DNA of 64,000 bases from Camelus ferus (taxonomy: Eukaryota): NCBI RefSeq assembly GCF_009834535.1, contig NC_045696.1:14820001-14884000 (forward strand), written 5' to 3'. This document shows positions 37,183-47,309 of this stretch, one piece after another (the first letter of the stretch is position 1; each line of letters begins with the position of its first letter). A program made the translations under genes and the position numbers. The notes beneath the pieces were generated by a model. The model had not been told where the DNA came from. It was given only the letters and a program-made list of their open reading frames with translations, and searched no databases.

Positions 37183-38609
37183 TGAGAGTAACTATAAATA
37201 GATGTTCCCATTGGTTTTTCTCATCCTTCAATGGTTTATCTCACTTAATCAACACATTGATTCACTTTGGAGACCTCCTACCATAAAGGAGTAAAAGAGG
37301 TTAGTTATTAGCAAAAATAAAAGAGAAGAATGTTCAGTTTCTATTACTTTCTCTCTTCCCGGACCTTCTCAGTTCAGATTTGGTTGAGAAAGCAGCAGCC
37401 ACTTGGTGTATTTTGAGTCAGGAAAGATATAATACAGGGAAATAGAGGCACTTGAGATGGTTGGAGGAGGCAGGAGAGTGAAGGCGAGCTATTATCAAGG
37501 ATCCCTCCGTATGTGCAGATACAAAGTGGTTGATTCTCAGGAAGGTGCTCAGAAAGCTCTGGCAAAGCCCGGAGTCCAGCATGACACTTAGGGAGCTACA
37601 GGACCAGAGGCCGTTTTCATTCTCTACGACGTTTCAGTTTCCCACGCGATTCTGAAGCAGACTACCTGAAAATAAATCTTTGAGAAATTGCGTTGTAGAT
37701 GATGTTTCTTTTATACCTTCTTGATCCCTTCTAAGATATTATAAAATGATAATAATATGATTACCAATGCATTGCCTTCAACAGTGACGTTGATTAAGAG
37801 AGATTTGCCGGAAATGAATGTTTGGGGCTAGTTGACAACCGCTCAGTCTTTCTTGGCTCCCTTTATGTAAGGCTTTCTGTTTCCCTTTAATTCTTTCTGT
37901 GGTTAAGAATCAGAGGTTAGGCAGAATTATTTTGCTACTCTGAACTAGCAGATTTTTCACAGAACTTCCTTAGATTATAACACCCCAGGGGCTATATTCA
38001 ACTCAGGTTAGCTACTGGAATTCACAGTTGTTTCAAATGTGTCTCTAAATAATTTAAGCTTCTAAGGAAATTACATTTACATCAAGACTTGACTTTACAG
38101 CTCCAACATTCTTACCCACGTGGTAACCCCACCAGCCACTCTGAGGTCATCACTTATTCTGGAAAAAAGAGACATGCTAAATTGCAATTTTGGATCAAGG
38201 TCTATACAAATTCATACTGATGGCACACTGACAAATGTGCCTGTGAATCAATAGAATATTCATGTTAAAAAGAAAGTGATTCTCAGACTAACAATATCTT
38301 TACTAAAGAAAGTCGGTGTGTATACTTTTACTCATTAAATAGATTTAACTCCGCCATTTGATAAATTAACTTATTCTATTTATTAAGAAGTAAACTCTAA
38401 AGATTGCTCAGAACAGAGGGGTAGAGAGGATTCAGTAGAAAACTAACATTCAATTTTTCTTAAAAACTATCAGCATACTTAAATGTTCCTACCTTGAGTC
38501 CTTATAAAATGGGGAGAGGAATATAAATATTTAGCTAAGTTTTTTGCTAATCAATGATTATAACTACCTGGAAAAGCTCAGAGTTCCATTTATATTTCAG
38601 AAAATTTTT

Positions 38610-38748
38610 ATTATTTCACCATCCCTGTTAGACAGGACCTTTTATTATCCACATTTAATAAATGATGATTAACTTGCTTTAGGTCTTTTAGCTTTTAAGA
38701 AGCAGAGCTTTGATTTAAACTATGTCCATTTGCCTCTAGGCTCACAAT
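38610..38748 (-). mobile_element. MIR fragment
   Basis: 'ttattatccacattt...taacttgctttaggtc...gcagagc...gatttaaac' matches antisense MIR. Confidence 0.6.
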
Positions 38749-39401
38749 AGAATATCTAAGATGCTATATGAGAGATGAATCCTCTACTGTCTCCATCGTA
38801 TTTCTCCCTCCCACTTTCTGGGGAGCTGCACTTTTGGGTAGTCTTTCCACACCAGGAAAACTTCTCAAACTAAGACAGTATTTCCTTAGAAATCAACTAA
38901 TGATATCCCAATAATGCAGTCACGTAAATCCACAAACTTTTCCCAGACCCAGAAATCTCTGTTTTCTACAGTCCTGTCTAAACTCATGCCTACCTTCTTA
39001 ATTTTGGCAGCTTAGCAGTGGAATGGGGCATTTCATGCTTCCTCATTTGGATGGAATTCTTTTCTGTGCTCCTTGCCCTGTTCTGCCCTCTGTGATCCAT
39101 GTCCCAACCTGTAAGCTTTGACCATACTTCACCCCTATTCTCTTTGGCCCTCTTAACCCACTCCAACCCCCTTACACTTTGCCCCTGAACATTCCTTTGT
39201 CCATTTCTTGGCTGCCCACCAGCCTGGCCTGACCTCCAGGGCTGAGTTTCTTGGCTTCGCTCTTTTGGTGGTTGTATTAAATTTGTTATTGGTATCGAAA
39301 GGATTAGTATTCTGGGAAATTCTACTTGCTATCTGAACACCAAACACCTAATACAGGACATCCTTTTATAGACAATACTACACATTTTGTTCTTTTCCGA
39401 A

Positions 39402-39660
39402 GAGGGCAATTTGGCTAAATGATTAAACACAGAGAAAGAAACTAGAGTCAAACTGTCAAGGTTCAAACTTCAGGCCTTTGGCCTTCTAGCTGTGTAAATT
39501 TGGGCAAGCTGTTTTGTCCTCTATATAGCTCAATTTCCTCCTCTTTAAAATAAAATGGTAGCAATCATACCACTGTTGAGATCATTAGAAGGAGTTCATG
39601 TATATAAACAATTTAGAAGTCTTCCTGGTGCTAGAAAAGTGCTACATATTTTAATATTAT
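39402..39660 (+). mobile_element. Near full-length MIR (MIRb-like)
   Basis: Head 'agagtcaaactg...ggttcaaac', core 'ctagctgtgt...ttgggcaag...ctcaatttcctcctctttaaaat' and tail 'cctggtgctag...gtgct...tatta'. Confidence 0.85.
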
Positions 39661-40059
39661 TTAGAACACCAGGATGGAACAGTGATTTTTACTACATTTT
39701 TCATTTGCAGTTATTTTCTGTGCAAATTATGTCAAGTAGGACTCTTTGTAGCTACGTCCACTTGCCCATGGTGGGCATCCATATGCCATCTTTGACAAGT
39801 GTACCTCTATAGTGGATTACGGAGATTTTAACATGTCCACGTCTTTAACAAAATGCTTTGATTTGAGGAAACATGTTGGTTATAGAGGAACATGGCCACT
39901 TTAGCAATTGAGGGAAGAAAATCTGCATAATTACAAAAATTGAAATATGTGTTTTTAATAACAAATCAACAAAAATGAATAGAACAGCCTTTGCCATCAG
40001 TGAAAAAAATCAGGCTGCTGGAAATGAAGTGTCCATTATGAGAAGTGGCCAGAGGTGGG

Positions 40060-40590
40060 AGAGGCTTTCTTGATAATCCAAGTTTGACCTTTATATGGGG
40101 GAAATGGTGAGTTGGGATGGGCAATGCACGATTGTGTGCAGTCCAGTTATACGGTCTGGCTGGACTTTCAGAAATATTTCTCAAACAGCAGTGTGAGGAT
40201 AGCCAGAGTTCCTTTGATGAAGTGGAAGTCAGGGCCTATAATTCAGACCTGAAACAAGAATGGCCAGAAACATAAGGCAGGGGAGGATACTAAGAGGAGA
40301 AATCATTAGGAAGTGGAATCTATAGACCCAGTGACTGATCAAACGGAGAAAAGGAGGAGGCAATTACCAGATTACTCAGCAGGGCTACTAAATGATTAGC
40401 ATTGCCTTTTACTAAAATGGGGACGATGGAAGGGCATGCAGTTTGAACATAAAGTAGTTGACTAGGGATTTAGACATGTTGAGAAGGAAATCTCTGTTGT
40501 AGACATCTAGTACATTGTTAAATAAATGGTTCTTGTATCTGGCTGAGAGTCATTAGACAAGGGCAGAGCAGAGAGAGCAGAATGCACATG
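40060..40590 (-). mobile_element. L2 LINE fragment
   Basis: 'ggaagtggaatctataga...gtgactgat', 'tttactaaaatgggga' and 'tttagacatgttgag' match antisense L2. Confidence 0.6.
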
Positions 40591-40598
40591 CAGACACA

Positions 40599-41172
40599 TT
40601 TCTAGGCAGTACTGAGATAAGGGTTGAAGGCTGGAGACCATGAATTGCAGTGTTGCGATCCCCACAATTTCGTGATCTTTTAAACCAGCCCTAAGTAACT
40701 GAGATGTTGAAACAAAAAGGCAGAATAGTTGGCTTTACCCAGCCATCAATGATTTAAAAAACAAAAACAAATTAGATACCGTTGGAGGACGTCATCAAGA
40801 TGACATAACTACCAGTTAACCTGTGAGCTACACCCGGGTAACTGGAGTCCCCTCACCCCTCCCCTGTCCTAGGAATGAATACTCTGCCCACTGTTTTCAC
40901 AGTGGAAGTCATTTCCAAGGACACAGACTTGAGAGAGCAAGATGGCGTTGAGACCATCTGGACTGAATACATGACTGAACCCAGCTGAGACCTCTATATT
41001 AACTTTTTAAGATTCTGGCAGGTGAGTGCAAAGATCGACTCATCTTGCAGGAGCCCAAGATAAGCCTCCTACGGAAACTTGTTCATTAAACCTGGCTCCT
41101 CACAATCTACAGCAGTCTGCCTCTTTCTTTGGTGTTGCCCTCCATGTATGGGGGCCAGTTTTTGAACTAACA
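40599..41172 (+). mobile_element. ERV solo LTR, 574 bp, with 6-bp TSD
   Basis: Flanked by GACACA at 40593-40598 and 41173-41178, and ends in CA (start reads TT rather than TG). TATA-like TATATTA 40995-41001, ATTAAA 41085-41090, YY1-like CAAGATGGCG 40938-40947. Confidence 0.8.
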
Positions 41173-41423
41173 GACACATGGAGACAAACCAGTCAGGGTT
41201 AGTGGTGAGTCATTATAGCGAGAAGACACAAGGCATGGCCAAGAAGCCACGTGGTGCAAAGCAAAGCTTGAAAGAGAACTGGCAATTTATTGTGAGAATG
41301 TGGGGTATAGAGACAGGTCACCTAGGTAAGCAAGGAGGGCTGTAATGGAAGTAAGGGTGAGCCTGGAAGAACAGGAAGATTTATTCTGATATCAGCATGT
41401 TGAGGATTACGATTTTAAATATG

Positions 41424-41561
41424 AGGGAAGAGGGTGCAGCTCAAGTGGTAGAGTGCATGCTTAGCATGCATGAGGTCCTGGGTTCAATCCCCAGTACCTC
41501 CTCTAAAAGTAAATTCCATAAATAAACCTAATTACCCACCCCCAACCAAAAAAAAAAAAAA
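41424..41561 (+). mobile_element. tRNA-Ala(AGC)-derived SINE, camelid type (vic-1-like)
   Basis: A box 'agctcaagtgg', anticodon arm 'catgc-ttagcat-gcatg', B box 'ggttcaatcc', tail 'taaacctaattac...cccc' and poly(A). Degenerate 13-bp TSD gattttaaatatg (41411-41423) / gattttagatgtg (41562-41574). Confidence 0.9.
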
Positions 41562-42759
41562 GATTTTAGATGTGGAGCAGTTTCATATTGTAGGATACGG
41601 AAAGGCCTATAATGTATCCATGAGCCTGTATCACTGACATGAAAATGGGATAAGGTCCCTGTCACTGAAGAGTGCACAGTGCTGCAGGACCACTGCTCCG
41701 AGCTGTGCCCTAGAAGATCTGCTGGGAGGATAACGCTAAACCACTGAAGGCAAAGACACACTGTGGTTGTGTGAAGGTGTGGAGGAACACTGGGGCCACA
41801 TGTCATAGAGGGGATCTCTGTACAAGCCTCAGGGACAGCAGATAATAGGTGAGCAAAGTCTAGGTCTAATAGGCACATTTCATTACACAATCTAAAGCAG
41901 ACATCACACTGAGACAGACCAAACAGGTAGAGCGTGGACACAGAGACTCCTTAGCATCCTGAGAAAATACTAGAGACAGAGGACTAAACTAACCATTGAC
42001 AGGTGACTGTGACAGACCCACATGCATTCAGGAGAGAAATTCCATTCTCTCTGAGGCCAATGAACTTACTCTTTCAGCTTAAAAGTTCTCTGGGATTGGA
42101 ACCAGAATGTAGATGTAGAATTGATGGTCTGATTCTGATTAATTCTACCCTCAGACTGGCTATGAAATCCCAGAATTATGGTTACTTATCACTGGGATGT
42201 CTTAGAGCCACCATCAATTTCATTACTAGAAATCAAAGATGTTGGACAACTCTTCCAAGCAAGCTGCTGCCTGGGTCCACGGGACTGAGGAACAGTCTAA
42301 CAGAAACCACTGCTAGCTTCTCTGAAGGACCAAGGGAAGGAACAGAGGAGGTGACAGGATACGGGCACCATCATGGTACCTACCTCATTGTTCCCACTTG
42401 GGGATGGCCTCAGTGTGTCTGAAAGTGATGGTTAGGCTTTAAGAACTGACACATCCATCTTCTCCACATTGTTTTAAGTCTTCCTATAGAGATAGGAGTC
42501 CCAGTCCTTGTTATCTACTTAATATTTGGAGAAGGAAGATATTGTTATTTGATCAAATACTTTTCAATAAGAAATAACAGTATCATCTTTCTTTTTAACT
42601 CTTTCTGCTGGGCAAAATAAATAAATGAAATGAAATAATAATAACTTTCAGTTTTTCATAGTTGCTTTTTTATCAAAAAATTCACATCCCATAAGATCAC
42701 GTAGAGAGAAGAAATGATCATTCCATATACACAATTTAGAGCCTTCTGTATCATTTTGA

Positions 42760-43010
42760 GGCCATGCAATGCTATGATTAAAAGCAAGAGCTCCGGTCCC
42801 TGATGGTCTAGGGTTAAAAATCTCAGGTCTGTCACTTCCAGCTAATAAGGAGCAACTGACTTGGACTTGATTTGACTTCAGTTTCCTCCGAAGTAAAGTG
42901 GAGTTTGCAGTAAGAGACCTACTTTGTGAGATTATTGTGGAGACTGAATGTAAAACATTAACAATAGTGTCTGAAAATAATTGTAAGCATTCAAGTGTCA
43001 GCTCTTAGTA
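42760..43010 (+). mobile_element. MIR SINE
   Basis: 'tctgtcacttccagct...cttcagtttcctc...gtaaagtgga...ttattgtggagactgaatg' matches MIR. Confidence 0.75.
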
Positions 43011-43967
43011 TCAAAATGGATACTTCGATATATTAAGCATTTGTGTTTCAGCAAACACAATTTTCAAGTGGCCACTCATTTTCTATTCATGATCAGTTAC
43101 TCTTTTAGATATGACGAACTGGATAGCTAACCTCATGTTGGCAGACTGATTATTATAGAAATTCCTTCAATTTGTGGCAATTATAAATTTTTCATAATTA
43201 CTGTTTCTCTGAACTCTCTATGTCTGCTGAAAGATTTAAGATTTAAAGCTAAATCCTTTTGAAAGAAAGCTGGGCAGGAAGTTGGGATTAACGCTAAACA
43301 CAGTGAATAGACTTCTCAGGCTCTGTAGACCAAGATTTGCTCTGCCTTTTGTTATAAGCCACAGGAAACCATTTCTCCTGGAGGCTCTTAGAGCACCGCT
43401 TACTGTTGGACAGCAATGGGCTGAGTGCTTGTTGTGCAAACAGAAGACGTAAGAAAAGCTGCTGGAATCAGTAGCAGAGTTAAAGGTCTTATAATTATAC
43501 ACAACTAAACGCGTCTACTTCTTCACAAATCCTCTCACAGAGATGCCATGATTAGTTTTTAATGGGCTAGGAAGAAACTGGGGTATTTTTGAAGGATTAT
43601 AAGGGGACTCCCAGATCCCAATGCAATTTGAGGAGACAACTATTAAGAGAGAGTCTGGCTGGAAGAATATCAAAGGAATCAAAGTTATGCAAAGCAACAT
43701 AGATCATTCCAAAGGGATAGGCTTACAAATTAGAAATTAAAGCAAGCAAAATTTAGTCCATTTGGTAGAAACATATTCTGAAGTTACACGACCATTAACT
43801 ATTACACAATTTTCAAGTTATTTTTATAGGAAATTTTTCTTATAGGTCAGGCCCTTATTTACTAATGGGGATTTTTGATCCACTGTCATTAGATGCAAAG
43901 TTTTGAATTTTTGCTTCTTACTATTGTGTAGGAAAGCAGGGATGTGGCCATAGTGCAGGAGAGTGAT

Positions 43968-44035
43968 GTTTGTTCGTTTATTTAGCAAATATTTATTGAA
44001 CATCTAAAATACCAGGTGTTCTTTTGGGCACTTAT
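43968..44035 (-). mobile_element. L2 3' terminus
   Basis: 'tttatttagcaaatatttattgaacatcta...ccagg' matches the antisense L2 tail. Confidence 0.6.
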
Positions 44036-44331
44036 ACTGGTTTGCAGACATTTAAATTACTGATTTTAACAGATATTTGGGGCTGGTCAAGATGATAATA
44101 TTACCGATACTCTTTCGTAGTAATCTAAAGTCACCTAGATGGTAAGAAAAAATAAGTGGAAAAGAAGATTGACTCCAGTAAGAGAGTTCTCAAACTGACA
44201 ATGTGTATTTTGGAGAGTAAATTAATTAAATGCTTGTTTAGTCAGCTCGCAGGCAGTGGATTTCTGTATTTCTAACGCTCTGCTTTTGTATTCTTAATAA
44301 TCTATCATTCCTAATCTCCCATTGTGAGTAA

Positions 44332-44369
44332 TTGAGTAAACTTGAAACATTTGAGTAAACTTGAAACAT
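44332..44369. repeat. Perfect 19-bp tandem duplication (ttgagtaaacttgaaacat x2)
   Basis: Directly visible. Confidence 0.95.
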
Positions 44370-44564
44370 TTTTACTCATTTACCTGAAATAATCATAGCA
44401 GTGCTCTCATGATGGTTTCATCCTTTAATGTTAGGAATCACACAGCTTATAAATGATAGACTGGCAAGTGTTTAGTGGTAGGCATATTGCCGTTATGACA
44501 CTATAAACTAATTTTGGTTGAATTCAGCAAACATTTGATAATATCACCAACCCCAAACTTGCCT

Positions 44565-44755
44565 TTATGGAAGACTTAAAATGTTACAAAGCACATCCAC
44601 ATACATTGCCTCAAAATATTGTCTCTTTTTTTGGAGATGAGAAAACTGAAGCTGGAGACTGGATAAATGATTTTCATGAGATCATGGAGGTAGGATTGGT
44701 AGAATGAGGACTAGAACCTAAGTTTTACTTCTGGTCTAGGACTTGCTTCGGGGCT
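44565..44755 (-). mobile_element. MIR (MIRc/MIR3-like)
   Basis: 'tacaaagcac...agatgagaaaactgaagct...ggactagaaccta' matches antisense MIR. Confidence 0.75.
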
Positions 44756-45369
44756 ACAGTAGAAGTTTCCATCACTGTCAGCCCTGTCTCCCCCAACTCT
44801 CCCTGATTACCCATTAGCTGTCTAGCTTTCCCTTCTCCTCACGTCTCCATGCGGTGACAAGTTGATCCTGCTATTGAGAAATCATTTAAATATATTTGAA
44901 TAAGTGTCCCGTTCATGAGTATCAGTGTAAGTTTCTGACCATGCAAATATGTTCTTTTTCTTCCTTTTTCTCTCTGCAACTGTCCTTTGTAATTCTTAAC
45001 CGAATGTGACATTTATTTCTGTTTTTAAAGTCCATGGGGTTTTCTATGGTTCAGCATAATCCAAATTTGATTTTAGGAGGAGGAGAGGCTTGGACTAAGA
45101 TCAGGGAAGATCAGCCCTGCCTGGCGTCTCTGTCTCCACTTCTGTAGGGTTAGGGGAAGCCCTCCACTCTTATTTTCCTGAAGTCTCTTGTGTCTTAAGC
45201 ATATTTCTTTCAAACAATGAAAGGAATTTCCCTTTGGCCCTGTCCAGAGACTATTTGGAACTTCCAACTTCCTGTCTGACCCTGTTATAACTCCTTAACT
45301 CCCTCTCTCAAATGGCAATAGACAAATGACACATTGACACAGAGTTCCTATAAGACTGAAAGAGCCGAA

Positions 45370-45535
45370 AGGATTATATCAACCCACTGAAGAAAGTTGT
45401 TCTGCAGAGTGGTTTGGACAACCAGCAGACCTTATGGGAGCAAAAGATAAAGATAAATTTTAGAGGTCTAAGACATTGAGATTTAGGGGTCATTTTTTTT
45501 TTTACTGTAGCTTAATCAATTCTGTTGAGCAATAT
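45370..45535 (+). mobile_element. MaLR LTR 3' fragment (old MLT1)
   Basis: 'agcagacctt...taagacattgagatttaggggt...ttactgtagc' resembles the MLT1 3' end. Confidence 0.45.
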
Positions 45536-47309
45536 TCATACTTTAATGTAATTTTTTAAAAATACATTTTTAATTTAAAAATGGTATGTAAGATTATTTT
45601 CTTCTTTCTTATGTATTATTATGCCTATTGATATGTTTTATAATAATTGAATCACTCTTGGAAAAATGAATAAAGTTTTAAATACTTTGAATTGTCTTCT
45701 AAAGAAAATAAAATTCTGTTGTAGCAGTTGTCATATTGTAAGAGATCTGATTTTGAAATAAAACTAATATTTTCAAAGAACAGAAGGAACAATAAAAGAG
45801 AATTATTAAAAATATATACATATATTGACAGACTTCATGGACTCAGAACTATAATTTAAATCTGCTCTGTCTGACCTTCTAAGTTAAAGGAACCAAGAAA
45901 CTGTCTCCCTCTTCCACCAACCACAAACAAATACTTTTGGCAAATGAGGTCCCAATTTAGTTGCGATCAATTTCAACTAGTGCTATGGGAGACACCTAAT
46001 GTATTATTATTACTATTGTTGTTGTTGCTATTGTTATTATTACCATTATGATTATTATGTTATATTTATTTTGTACAAACGGGAAAAATGAAGAGACATT
46101 CTTTTTTGCATCCTAATCCAGAGATCAAGGAATGAAAGTAAGGAATCCTTGGAATCTGGGTGATACAAAGAATGTAAGAGTAAAACTTAATGATCTAGAG
46201 GAAAAATAAAATTTCAGTAGAAAATAATGAGTAATTAGCTTGACGAAATATTCTTTCCTGCCTAGAATGGTATTGTCTTTTTAATCTCTATTGCTTTCAT
46301 TTTTGATGTTCAGATACAATTGTGTTATGGTATATGTGCTGTCATTCACATTAGAATCTGTTTCCTCCAAATACTGTATTTCTTGTGTACTGTGAATGTT
46401 TCAGAATTCTGTGCAATCAGATGCTGCATACATGTTTGAGACATTCTTCTGTGGACAACGTGCAGGAGCATTAGCCTATGAACTTTGAACTATCCCATGA
46501 GGCTAGACACATATTGTGGCTCGCTTGCAGGCTGAAGGAAGTTGAGACCATCCAATAGGTGAGATCTGTTTGTGTGCATGGTTCTACATATACACAAGAA
46601 TGTGTGTACATTTACATGCATTATTCTAAAACATTATCAACATATCAAACAGAAGACCAAAAGGGTTTTTATATAAAACCAAGTCACAATTCTACTCTTA
46701 TTACTAAGGTATTTCAATAGTTAAAATTCCTTAACTAGCAATAAATACACATCAAACTAATCTCATTTTGTCACTGTTTTCCAAGGAGCACCTAAAATAT
46801 TGCTGTACTTATTTTTGACTTGAAAATGCTTTTAATAAGTAAGATTTCATTATATTAATCACTTACATTGACACTGGTATGTTTATCATAATTATGCTTC
46901 TCTGTCTTTTCTTAATGTTATGATAGTGGTAACATTATTTCAATAGTTCCATGATGGCATTAAGTACATATGTAGACACTCCCCAAAGTTTGTTTTTAAT
47001 TAAGATTCTTTAGGAATTAGATAACTGAGCATATGCTCATAGCATAGACATCTGCCAAGAATTAACAATAGTTACATTAGTGAACTGTGTTGCTTAGTAA
47101 CAAAAGCAACAATAGCATTTTTGCAACATTTTAATAATACATTCAAATTGTCCCAAAGTTCTCATAACCAAATATATGGCAAAAATTCTCTCATTTATTG
47201 CATAAACACTCTAGTGAAATGTGCATTTGGTTTTTTGTCTCTATGCTCCTTTTGTATACTATGCTAATTTTCCATTTCCATCCTGGAAATGTGTTTTGTG
47301 CCACAGCAG

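Noticed and set aside
36328..37211. Overlapping ORF cluster including the longest ORF (149 aa)
   Set aside because: It lies within an L1ME element. The sense ORF is decayed ORF2 and the others are antisense or 3' UTR readings.
41424..41500. Functional tRNA-Ala(AGC) gene
   Set aside because: It is followed by a SINE tail and poly(A), is flanked by a TSD, and shows decayed CpGs. It is a SINE head.
41528..42422. Divergent 137-aa (-) and 139-aa (+) ORFs
   Set aside because: Non-ATG starts, no recognisable domain, and one ends in the SINE poly(A). Such lengths are expected by chance in locally GC-richer DNA.
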